Assembly (NCBI GenBank): GCA_963827165.1
Contig: CAWGZR010000005.1
Coordinates: forward strand, 512,001-576,000
Reading direction: 5' to 3'
Source: Candidatus Bathyarchaeota archaeon
GTDB lineage: Archaea; Thermoproteota; Bathyarchaeia; Bathyarchaeales; Bathycorpusculaceae
DNA length: 64,000 nucleotides
Position numbers and translations under genes: made by a program. This document shows, piece by piece, positions 10,887 to 20,291 of the stretch. Position 1 is the first letter of the stretch, and every line of letters starts with the position of its first letter. A model generated the notes under the pieces. The model was given only the letters and a program-made list of their open reading frames with translations. It was not told where the DNA came from and made no database searches.

Positions 10887-12567
10887 TTGGTGAAGCACTC
10901 AGCCACAAAGATTCTTCTTTTTGCGGCTATCCTTTTCATAGCTCTAAGCATTATTCTTTCAACGGTCAGCTTATACACAGTTCCTGTTGAAGGTGGGGTT
11001 CAAACCCGCGCTCTAATCAATGATACTTTCCAGTTATCTCCCAACGAAACCTTCAGACAAGGGGCTAGGATCTTTCTACGGCGGCGAAAACATAACCATT
11101 GAAGTGCAGTCGTCCCCCTCATTCCAGAAAAACTTCTCGTTAATGCTTCCCCTCTCAAACGACATTCTTTTTATCAAAACTGGGATATCCTATAATTCCA
11201 CCCAACCGGATTTCACCTACTCTTTTCTTGCAAGCCCAGATTATTATGACGCCGTTTTCACTTCCGCATCAGCACCCGGGACGATCCATCTACAAGTATT
11301 CGAGCAAAAGCCAAAAGTTGCTTACCCGTATTCGTGGCTAAATGAACCCTCAGAAATACTGTTCATAGCAAGTTTGGTTGCGGCAATCCTGCTGGCTTTG
11401 AAAATGGTCTTGTCCAAGCCTTCGTTCGTTGAGACAAAAACAACAGTTATCCCCTCTCTAAACAAGAAAGCCCGGCGAATACTTCTAGCACTTATTTTGT
11501 TCGGCTTGGTAGTATGGCTTATAATTCTCGCGGTCAATTCAAATCCCCTTGCAACATTTGAAAACTGGTACACTGACAACGCCCGGGACTCCTACGTTGC
11601 TGGTTTATTTCTTAAAGATGGTTTCTCAGTTTTCAGTCAACCCTTAGCTAAACTTGCAAGCCTCGACATCTCAAACTACAAATACGTAACTTGGCCACAA
11701 ATGCCACACCTGTACCCACTGGGCAGCGTCTTACTCTTCCTGCCTTTCGGCGTACTAATCCAAAGAGGCGTAGACCCAACGATTCTGTTTAAAATTGAAA
11801 TAGCTGTGTTCTTGGTGTTTGCGTCAGCCAGTGCTTACTTTTTCCTTCGGGTTTTCTTGAAGAAAGACATGACTTTGATCCTTAAGCTTCTCGGCGTTTA
11901 CATAGTGTACGTTACCCTGGTGGCTTACGCGGCTGACGGCATGTTTGAGTCAGTGGCTTTTCTATTTGCCCTTTTCGCGATATACATGTTCATAACCGAA
12001 CGTTACGACTACTTTTTGTTGCTTGTCACAGTTTCAACGTTTTTCAAATACGAAGCCGCCATATTTCTATTCCCCCTAATCCTCGTCGGCATAGTAAAAC
12101 TCATCCAGAAAAATAAATTGCAAAGTCTGCTGAGAAACAAAGCTGTTGTCGCCGCCATGGCGCTCGGGTCCATAAGCATCTTCACCGCTTACCTGAGTGC
12201 CCCCTACCTAATGTCAGGAGGACCTCAATTGATTATGAATGGCATAAACGCTTTCTCATCCAACACACATATCGTTTGGGTTGACCAATCTTTCTTTGTC
12301 CTTCTAACTCTTGGAGTGACCGTTAGTTACGCGCTCTATATGCTTAACAAAAATGTTCTTCTTTCCCTTTCTGCTCTTTTCCTTCTTCTGCCAAGTTTCA
12401 TGATGCCTTACTTCCAAAACTGGTATTTGCCCTTCATTTTTATGTACGCACTTATTCCGCAGCAGAAAAAAGAGCTCAACGTAACAGTGTTCTGGCTGGG
12501 CTTCATGATTGTTCTGCTGGCTTTTTCAGGAACCAATTTCCAGTTGCTTATCCAATATTTCCACTAA
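10887..12567 (+). CDS. Polytopic membrane protein, possibly a GT-C-type glycosyltransferase (apparent +1 frameshift at GGGG 11061-11064)
   Basis: The ORF at 10887 (N-terminal TM) joins the 11020 frame as ...NETFRQG/LGSFYGGEN... It has many TM helices, WYTD and HLYPLGS loop motifs, and lies next to a GT2 gene. Confidence 0.55.
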
Positions 12568-12641
12568 ATCAATCCTCGGCAACGGTACACAAATAAATTC
12601 ATGCGCATAATCAATATACCTGTAGAAATTGAGGCGGGGAC

Positions 12642-13871
12642 TTGGAGGCTTCTAGGGATTTCGTTTACCAAAAATTCTGCGAGTACTACCGGAACCCCTC
12701 GAACGTGATTCCTGCCCCGATTTTTGCTGAGCAGAGAGAATTCGGCTATCTGATGTTTAAAGAACGGTTTATGGTTAGGCATAAACGATTCAGCAGCATC
12801 GATAGCTTAAGGTCTGCTCTTAACCAGACTGTTCCATCAGACGTTTACCATTCATGCGCTTACTATGAAAACCCAGATTTCGACATGGACAAAAAAGGCT
12901 GGTTAGGCGCCGACTTGGTATTTGACATAGATGCGGACCACATTCCGAGCGGCTGCAACAAGATCCATGATGAATTCGTCTGCGCCAAATGCGGCTTCAG
13001 CGGAAGAGGTATAACCCCCGAAGTCTGCCCAGCATGCGAAGGAACAAAATTCGCAACTAAAACATGGCCTTGCGAACTCTGCATTCAAGCTGCCAGAGAA
13101 GAGACAGCCAAACTGATTGATATGTTAAACAACGACTTCGGTTTTTCATTAGACGAATTGCACGTGTTTTTTTCTGGGCACAGAGGATACCACGTTCATG
13201 TAGAAGATAAAGCCGTGCGTTCGCTGGATGCTATGGCGCGAAAAGAAATAGTCGATTACGTTATTGGATTGGGCTTAACCGTTTTGGATAGAGATTCCCC
13301 CGAGAAACGGGGAAGAAGGAAGCAGAGCTCCAAAAAATTTAATTTGCATAACTTCGGCTGGAACAAGCGCCTTAAAACTGGCATGGAAAATTTTCTGGCG
13401 AGCGCAACCAAAGATGACTTGAAAAATGCGGGTTTAAGGAATGCGGCGCTTTTAAAAAATAAGGACGCGATTATTAAGCGAGCTATTAATGATGGACGAT
13501 GGGAAAGCATTAACGACGTCAAATTTCAGACCTGGCTTAAACTTGCCCAATACGTGAAAGATTTGCAATCAGCAAAGATTGACACAGTTGTAACTACAGA
13601 TGTTCACCGCTTGATCAGGATGAATGGCACCCTGCATGGCAAGACAGGACTAAGAAAGGTGGAGTTTCCGGCGAAAAACCTGCAGGATTTTGATCCGTTC
13701 AGTGGAGCAGTAGCTTTTAAAAAGGGTGAAGTGAAAGTGTTGGTCTCTGACGGTCCGGAGTTCAAGATGGGCGGGGAAACGTTTGGTCCATACAGGGACG
13801 AAACTAAAGAGTTGCCTATTGCAGCGGCAGTTATGCTCATCTGCAAAGGACGGGCCACGGTGACAAATTAA
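12642..13871 (+). CDS. priS: DNA primase small (catalytic) subunit
   Basis: REFG, DLVFDIDAD, FSGHRGYH and ID.VVTTDVHRLIR motifs. Confidence 0.95.
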   Translation: MEASRDFVYQKFCEYYRNPSNVIPAPIFAEQREFGYLMFKERFMVRHKRFSSIDSLRSALNQTVPSDVYHSCAYYENPDFDMDKKGWLGADLVFDIDADHIPSGCNKIHDEFVCAKCGFSGRGITPEVCPACEGTKFATKTWPCELCIQAAREETAKLIDMLNNDFGFSLDELHVFFSGHRGYHVHVEDKAVRSLDAMARKEIVDYVIGLGLTVLDRDSPEKRGRRKQSSKKFNLHNFGWNKRLKTGMENFLASATKDDLKNAGLRNAALLKNKDAIIKRAINDGRWESINDVKFQTWLKLAQYVKDLQSAKIDTVVTTDVHRLIRMNGTLHGKTGLRKVEFPAKNLQDFDPFSGAVAFKKGEVKVLVSDGPEFKMGGETFGPYRDETKELPIAAAVMLICKGRATVTN

Positions 13872-14476
13872 TGTATAACGAACTTTACAATGCATGGCGA
13901 AGAGAAGTAAGCGAGGTGCCGCTTGCGAGTTTGTCGCGCGACTTCTACGCCAAGATCGCTGATTACTTAAAACGCATTCGCGAACAGGACGGGCTGTCCG
14001 ATAAAAAATCAGTAAAAGTAAGCCTGCTCGCCCGTGAAGGCCAGAACGTGACGCTTATGCTTGAACAACTGCTCAGAGCAAGATACAAAAAGCTGCTCAA
14101 AACAATTAGCCAAAACCAAACGGTGCCTAGTGAAATGTTAACGGCTGAAGAAGCCAAGATGTGCGAGAGCTTCGTGGCCTTCGCAAGCGCATACCAAAAG
14201 TTTACGCAGGACCTCTTACAAGGAGAAATCAGCCGAAGAATCATCCAAACCGCCCAAACTACCACTCAAGCAACAGCCCAAACCGAACCTAAAGCGGAAG
14301 TTGAAACTATTCATAGTCGGGTGAGTTTGAGGTTTGTTAGGGGAATTCCAGCTATTATGGGTGCAGACATGAAATCATATGGCCCGTTTCTAGTAGAGGA
14401 TGTTGCTTCGCTGCCTGCTGACAACGCTAAGATTTTAGTTAAGCAGGGTTTAGCGGTGCAGGTTGAAGTTTCTTAA
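13871..14476 (+). CDS. GINS subunit Gins15 (Gins51)
   Basis: Helical A domain (DFYAKIADYL, R.KKL) plus a C-terminal B domain (IMGADMKSYGPF...DVASLP..NAKILV). It follows priS. Confidence 0.85.
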   Translation: MYNELYNAWRREVSEVPLASLSRDFYAKIADYLKRIREQDGLSDKKSVKVSLLAREGQNVTLMLEQLLRARYKKLLKTISQNQTVPSEMLTAEEAKMCESFVAFASAYQKFTQDLLQGEISRRIIQTAQTTTQATAQTEPKAEVETIHSRVSLRFVRGIPAIMGADMKSYGPFLVEDVASLPADNAKILVKQGLAVQVEVS

Positions 14477-15516
14477 GGGTTGCATCCGCTTTCCCAATTT
14501 TTATTTTGCGCCACAAGCCTTGGCTTGCGAAAATGATAAGCGGGTAAGACACAATCCATATTATCGAGTAAAGCGGTCCGTAATAGAAGTGGAACATCTG
14601 CACCTGGTTTGATTCTACACCGTACTGCATGCCGATGTTGAAAATGGTAACAATTCTTAGTACATTTATGAAGTATGTGACGACTACGCCAACCGCAAAG
14701 TACCCCACTTTAGCCTTCCATGAGATATGTATCTGCTGAAGAAACACTATAAACTACCGCTGTGAAAATCAGGAAGCTTTCGATGCCAGCGCAGGGCCAA
14801 GCGATCGAGAATTTAGCGGTTCCCAGTGGCCCTGTGGCTTGAAGGGTTGGCATCCCACTCACTGTGGTCATGGAAGTGACGCATCCCATCCAATTCAGGG
14901 TTTTAGCGGCAAGTGTAGCCGTTGTCGGAACCAATATTTGGAAGGGTGTAAACTCGCCGTAGGGAAAAACGTTGTCGATAGTGTAAATTACTCCTACTAA
15001 TGCGGCGAATATTCCCGGCAAAGCAAGATCTGACAAGCCTTTTCTCCCGAAATAGAACAGTGCGATTGCGCAAAAGAGAGCTGAAAAAACCAAGTACTCA
15101 ATCGACAACGGCATAGTATCATAGAATGCGACTCCGCTATGCAAAGACCAGTTTGCTATGGCGCCGTTTAACCCAACATAGTACTCGGAAACTACGTAGA
15201 CAGTGGGAAGCAGTAACGCCAAGGCCAAAGCTGCGAGCTTTCCTGCACTTTGTCTGTTTATTTTTGGTTTGAAGGTATCCCAGTTGAGGATGAACTCTAG
15301 CGCCACGAGCCAGACGAAGAAAAGTTGGAACGTTCTGCCTTTCCACATTAACTGAAAAGACGCTTGAGGAGTGACTTGAAGGTACGGATCAGCGGGGTTA
15401 AGGATGAAAAGCAAAGCCATCGGGACAGCGAAAGCAATCAATGGTAAAAGCTTTACAATGGCGTCTGAGTTAGTTTCTTTTGGAAAACTCTGCATGGCTG
15501 CATCCTGCATGTACAT
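14439..15516 (-). CDS. Exosortase/archaeosortase-family protein (apparent +1 frameshift at about 14748-14753)
   Basis: ORF 14710-15546 holds WKGR and the Cys motif WPCAGIES. ORF 14439-14747 holds N..R (INVLRI) and His (FHFYYG). Together they give the Cys/Arg/His set in a multi-TM protein. Confidence 0.8.
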
Positions 15517-15699
15517 AACGTTAAAAACATTCAGTTTAAAAAACAATGTGCCTTCCTCCCAAAGTTCAGACTATCAAACAAACAATGCAGAAACCAATCG
15601 GAGTCGTCGCTGTCGTTTGATTCATCCGGCGACTCATATTTTTGGCCGAAAGGCGAAAAAGTATAAGAATGCGTATGTTCCTTCTATGCAAAGCTGGTA

Positions 15700-15984
15700 G
15701 TGAAGAACGTGAACGTTCCTAAAGAAGTCAAGACTTACTGTCCCAAATGCAAAATTCATCAAATTCACAGTGTAACACTTTACAAAGCTGGAAAGCGTAG
15801 AGCTCTGGCTCACGGTGAACGAGCACACGCAAGAGAAAAAGAAGGTTATGGCGGGCAAAAATATGCGCTTCAAAGAGAATTCGCCAAAACAACCAAGAAA
15901 CAAACCCTGCGCCTCAAGTGCAAAGTTTGCAATTACATGAGGCATAAAGACGGTATTCGTCTGAGAAAATTAAATATACAGTAA
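15700..15984 (+). CDS. rpl44e: 50S ribosomal protein L44e (eL42)
   Basis: TYCPKC, GYGGQK and AKTTKK motifs. The start may be GTG 15709. Confidence 0.95.
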   Translation: MKNVNVPKEVKTYCPKCKIHQIHSVTLYKAGKRRALAHGERAHAREKEGYGGQKYALQREFAKTTKKQTLRLKCKVCNYMRHKDGIRLRKLNIQ

Positions 15985-16005
15985 TTTGTGGAGAGAAAAA
16001 AAGTC

Positions 16006-16203
16006 ATGTCTGAATGGAGTAAACTTATCCCAAAACCGCGAAGCGTCTTCCTCAGAGTTAAATGCTCAAAATGCGGAAATGAACAGTTGGTTTTCAGCAA
16101 CGCTGTTAACAAAATCACCTGCAACGTGTGTGGAGAAACGCTTGCTGAGCCCACTGGCGGACGAGCAAAGATTAATGGTGACGTGCAAGCCGTTCTCGAG
16201 TAA
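16006..16203 (+). CDS. rps27e: 30S ribosomal protein S27e
   Basis: PRSVFLRVKCSKCGNEQ...CNVCGETLAEPTGG. Confidence 0.95.
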   Translation: MSEWSKLIPKPRSVFLRVKCSKCGNEQLVFSNAVNKITCNVCGETLAEPTGGRAKINGDVQAVLE

Positions 16204-16218
16204 GGGATGACGAAATTA

Positions 16219-16377
16219 ATGGCTGAGCGTAAGCCCGAGTGGCCTAAAGCCGGCGACCCGCTTATCGGAATGGTAAAGACAGTCACGGATTATGGCGCCT
16301 GCGCTCAAGTCTACGAATACACTCAACGCGGGATACTTCGTGCCTCAGGGCAAGGCACTTTTAGAAGGGAAAAATAA
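16219..16377 (+). pseudogene. eif2a: Internally deleted remnant of translation initiation factor aIF2-alpha
   Basis: Manual translation gives MAERKPEWPKAGDPLIGMVKTVTDYGACAQVYEYTQRGILRASGQGTFRREK*. This is the start of an S1 domain joined to an aIF2-alpha-like tail, in the eif2a slot between rps27e and nop10. Confidence 0.78.
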
Positions 16378-16545
16378 TTGGTCTGGCAACTTCGCAAATG
16401 CGTAAACTGCAGCAAATACACTTTGAAAAAAACCAGTTGCCCCTATTGTGGTGGACCTGTTAGGATTCCGCATCCAGCCAAGTTTTCCCCCGATGATAAA
16501 TACCTGAAGTATCGTATGGCAATGAAAAGGAGCAAAGATGCATGA
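16378..16545 (+). CDS. nop10: H/ACA RNP protein Nop10
   Basis: Manual translation from TTG gives MVWQLRKCVNCSKYTLKKTSCPYCGGPVRIPHPAKFSPDDKYLKYR... Confidence 0.93.
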   Translation: MVWQLRKCVNCSKYTLKKTSCPYCGGPVRIPHPAKFSPDDKYLKYRMAMKRSKDA

Positions 16546-17312
16546 AAGAAACTTACCTTAAGCAGTTTGCTGAGATTCACCCGAACAATCCGATTCTTAT
16601 TGAAGGCCTCCCCGGACTTGGGCTAGTGGGCAAAATCGCATTGCGTTACATGATTAAACAGCTAAGACCCCAAAAAGTAGCTTACCTCTACTCACCCCAT
16701 TTCCCATATTTCGTCTTAGTCAACAAGAAAGGAAATGTTCGCCTCCTAAGGGGCGTATTTTATTACTACAAAAACCCCAACGGAAACGACTTAATCCTTT
16801 TCACGGGCGACAGCCAATCCCAAACAATCGAAGGACAGTACGAAATCGCCGATCAAATCCTCAACTTCTCAGAAAAACACAACGTAAAAACAATCGCGAC
16901 AATCGGTGGCTACCGAATGGAACCCACAGAAAAACCCAAAGTCTTCATCGCGGCAACATCGCAAGAAATCCTTGATAAAGCCATCAACGCAGGTGCAACA
17001 CTTAGCACCTCAGGAAGCCCCATCGTTGGAACAGCAGGATTGATACTTGGCCTAGCAAAATTCAAAAAAATAGATGCCCTTTGCTTATTGGGCGAGACAC
17101 GTGGCTACCTTCCCGACCCGCTTTCGGCAAAAAGTGTACTTGAAGTTTTAAAATCTACGTTTAACTTCGACTTAGACCTTAAAGGATTAGACGAGGAAAT
17201 TGCTCGGGCAGAAACAATGGTTAACCGGCTCCAGCAGATAGAAGAGAAACGTGCCCTTGAAGCTGAACAAACAAGAAAAGAAGACGACAAAAAAACAACC
17301 TACATTTCCTAA
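16542..17312 (+). CDS. PAC2-family proteasome assembly chaperone
   Basis: IEGLPGLGLVGK, LGETRGY.PDP motifs, and conserved position after nop10. Confidence 0.9.
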   Translation: MKETYLKQFAEIHPNNPILIEGLPGLGLVGKIALRYMIKQLRPQKVAYLYSPHFPYFVLVNKKGNVRLLRGVFYYYKNPNGNDLILFTGDSQSQTIEGQYEIADQILNFSEKHNVKTIATIGGYRMEPTEKPKVFIAATSQEILDKAINAGATLSTSGSPIVGTAGLILGLAKFKKIDALCLLGETRGYLPDPLSAKSVLEVLKSTFNFDLDLKGLDEEIARAETMVNRLQQIEEKRALEAEQTRKEDDKKTTYIS

Positions 17313-17527
17313 ATCAAAAATTTCCTAGATATATCCGCGGTTTTTTGGGTTGTCGTCCCTCCGCTGAAAGGTGAAAACATGGGGGGAACTGAATTTTGGG
17401 CATTGGATAAAGGCAAAGGAATTTGGGCGTTTTTTAGAGCTCTGATCAATTACGCGATCTTTGATTATTTCAGGTTTTGTGCCGGCAACAGCTAAGACTG
17501 GCCGTCATTGCATCTTACGGCGTGCGC

Positions 17528-19564
17528 CTATGTTTTCTTCAGGCATCCTTCCCTTGGCTCATAGATCGTTCCTTCACGGAGCAATTGGCTTATCATCCGT
17601 TCAACTTCGCCCCTGGGAATCTTGCTCTTCGTTTCCAGCTCGTTTACAAGGGCTTCTTTCTCAACAATGCCTGTCACCTTCTCCATGTTCATAAGAGTCG
17701 ATAGCACAATGGAGAGTCTGTCACGGATGCTTTTAGGTCTGCCAGTCATTATCAAGTCAATATCCATCTTGTACGAGGACAAGTCGATCCCGACTTCTTC
17801 TAAAGACTTCTTCATTATAGCGATAGCTGCCCCTGCATCTTCAGCAGTTACTTCCCGACGCAGAGCTACCTTTGCCCGGGCTTCCGAGATACGAACAAGC
17901 GACTCAAGCTGGCGAGCAGTAATTGCCACTGGTGAGCCTTCGGTTTCGCTTGCCGAACGCATGGCTAAGTAAAAGTCGCTAAGCTGCTTTAACGCCTCTT
18001 CGGAAAGCACAGGTTTGATACCCTTCGCGTAACTGACGTACTTGCGCAGCAACTCCGCATCAACCTGAGCCTCAACGGGGCTCACTCCCCTACGATGAAT
18101 CTCCAAAATGTGCTTGGACATTCTGCTATCAGATTCCTTGTTAGGAACGTCGCGAAGCACGAAAATCAAGTCAAAACGCGAAAGAATAGTTACGGGCAAC
18201 GGAACGTTTTCAGCTACGGTACGATTTGGTTCATACCTGCCCAACGACGGGTTAGCAGCTGCCAATACAGCGGTCCGCGCGTTTAAGGTGGCGACGATGC
18301 CACCTTTCGCAACCGAAACCGTATGCTGCTCCATAGCCTCGTGGATGGCGACACGATCTTCAGGACGCATTTTGTCCATTTCGTCAATGCAGGCTATTCC
18401 TTTGTCGGCGAGCACCAAGGCTCCTGCCTCCAAACTCATGCTTCCGCCTTTCTCCCGCACGACAGCGGCCGTCAAGCCCGCGGCTGTTGTTCCTCTTCCA
18501 GAAGTGTATAGTCCACGGGGCGCTATTCTGGCTACGTATTGGAGAAGCTGCGATTTGGCGGTTCCAGGGTCTCCGATTAGCAGGATGTTGGGTTCTCCCC
18601 TTATGCTTACGTCAGGTAGAGTTTTAGACACCCCGCCAAAGAGCAAATACATTATTGCTTCTTTGATGTGTTCGTAGCCGAAAATTGAGGGTGCTATTGA
18701 ATCCCTGATTTTCCTGTGCACCCACGGGTCTTTCGACAAGGCGAGAATTTTTTCTTCCTCTTCAGGAGTCGGTGGAGAAGTTTCAGGTTCTTTGCCGAGC
18801 AATTCGACGGAGTTAGCGTCGAGTTGAAGGATAAAAGTTCGAAGTTTTCCCATTCCCATGAGCGAAGGCGCGAAAGCATGCACTATGCCGACTATGGAAA
18901 CGTGGTCTCCTGGTCTGGCAACATCGACGATATCGTCACCTATAGTTTTGACAGCTAGTGTCCGTGGTAGTTGTCCAGGAGGAAGGTCTTCGGGTTTTTC
19001 TTGAAGTCGCAGGTCTTGTGAGTCTATGAATGTTGAGTCTTCTTGTGCGAATTCGAAGGGGCCATCTCTTCCACAGTCTGGCGCCTCGCAGACGGATGGC
19101 GCTTTAAGAAATTGCCCTGTTTGCTCTACCCTATTCATGGTTCCGCAGCGTTTGCATTTGAATGCTCCTACAAGAACCATGGGTCTGACAGGCGTAGCTC
19201 GCACAACTATGCCTTCAACCATGACGAGCTTAGACATTTGTCTTGAGCCGAGTTTTCTAAGCTGTTCCTTGCCCAGAAGCTGCACGATTCTTATGACGAT
19301 TTTCTCTATTTTTTCAGCGTGCTCAGAATCTTCAATTCGCAGCTGTTCATAAGCGCCTTTTCCCGCATGTTGGAGATACTCTTCAGGTCTATTAAGCACC
19401 TGTTCCGCGAGCGCTTGGTCGAACCCGTAGAGTTCTTCAAAATCGATCATTATCGAGTTTTTCCCAGTGATTGCTAACTGAGCGATTCTCTGACGGTACT
19501 TATCCCTCTTGAAAAACTCTTGAAAACGCTGCTGCGGATCCACAGTCAACTGCTCATTAGCCAT
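17528..19564 (-). CDS. mcm: Replicative helicase MCM
   Basis: GDPGTAKSQ, IDEMDKM, arginine finger SRFD and a Zn finger. No intein. Confidence 0.97.
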   Translation of the reverse strand: MANEQLTVDPQQRFQEFFKRDKYRQRIAQLAITGKNSIMIDFEELYGFDQALAEQVLNRPEEYLQHAGKGAYEQLRIEDSEHAEKIEKIVIRIVQLLGKEQLRKLGSRQMSKLVMVEGIVVRATPVRPMVLVGAFKCKRCGTMNRVEQTGQFLKAPSVCEAPDCGRDGPFEFAQEDSTFIDSQDLRLQEKPEDLPPGQLPRTLAVKTIGDDIVDVARPGDHVSIVGIVHAFAPSLMGMGKLRTFILQLDANSVELLGKEPETSPPTPEEEEKILALSKDPWVHRKIRDSIAPSIFGYEHIKEAIMYLLFGGVSKTLPDVSIRGEPNILLIGDPGTAKSQLLQYVARIAPRGLYTSGRGTTAAGLTAAVVREKGGSMSLEAGALVLADKGIACIDEMDKMRPEDRVAIHEAMEQHTVSVAKGGIVATLNARTAVLAAANPSLGRYEPNRTVAENVPLPVTILSRFDLIFVLRDVPNKESDSRMSKHILEIHRRGVSPVEAQVDAELLRKYVSYAKGIKPVLSEEALKQLSDFYLAMRSASETEGSPVAITARQLESLVRISEARAKVALRREVTAEDAGAAIAIMKKSLEEVGIDLSSYKMDIDLIMTGRPKSIRDRLSIVLSTLMNMEKVTGIVEKEALVNELETKSKIPRGEVERMISQLLREGTIYEPREGCLKKT

Positions 19565-19566
19565 CT

Positions 19567-20118
19567 TTACTTTTCACCTTCCATATCCAAAATCTTGGCT
19601 TTCCACTCAGAAATTATCTTTACAAGCTGCTCATAGAGGATTTTTTCTTCGCTGGAGAGCTTTTTAAGAACCTGTTCCCCCTGCCCAGGTGCGGAGGAAA
19701 GAGCGACGATTTTTTTCAGCCGGGAATTCACAATGTCTTTTGCCAGATACTGAGTTTTTTGGTACTCATTTATTTTTTCCGGTTGGGTTGCTTCTCGTTT
19801 TAGTGTTGCTAAGTAGCGTCTTAACTTGGGGTAGAAGTCGTCCGGTAAATCGCTGATTTGCCCAGGAATCTGCACGCCCTCCTTCCACTGGACCTTAAAC
19901 AGTTTCGTTGAGTCCAACATGTCGTCCTCGCGGAAATGAACCATTCCAGCGTTTGCCAAATCTTTGGCGACCCAAAAATAGACTTCATATTCATTTCCCT
20001 CATCAAATGGTCCAACCGTCAAACCGGCAAGTTTAATCTCGGGGCAGTTTCTGTTAGCGACAACTCTAACGAATGAGTTTTCATAACAGAAATCTAATGT
20101 GCAAATTTGTCCCGCCAA
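19567..20118 (-). CDS. GINS subunit Gins23
   Basis: B-then-A domain order (EVYFWVA..L..G; LPDDFYPKLR; R.KKI), directly upstream of mcm. Confidence 0.82.
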   Translation of the reverse strand: MAGQICTLDFCYENSFVRVVANRNCPEIKLAGLTVGPFDEGNEYEVYFWVAKDLANAGMVHFREDDMLDSTKLFKVQWKEGVQIPGQISDLPDDFYPKLRRYLATLKREATQPEKINEYQKTQYLAKDIVNSRLKKIVALSSAPGQGEQVLKKLSSEEKILYEQLVKIISEWKAKILDMEGEK

Positions 20119-20291
20119 TTTTCCGCTCTCCCTGTCTAATAGTTTACCCCTTTGTGGGGTTCAAGACATATAGCGGAAGTAGTTTTAAGGTTTCCTACAA
20201 AATAGAATCGACAGGGAGAAGCCGGCATGAAGCTGGTTACCATCCAAACGCTGCATTCTTCTTGAAGACAACGATCCCGCGGCAACTAAAT

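Noticed and set aside
17355-17392. Possible sRNA hairpin (TCCCTCC...GGGGGGA) between PAC2 and mcm
   Set aside because: There is no clear C/D or H/ACA box set, and a short hairpin is expected by chance.
20140-20200. Replication origin (ORB) next to mcm/gins
   Set aside because: There is only an AAAGGGGT-like G-string. No repeated ORB consensus and no cdc6/orc1 gene are present.
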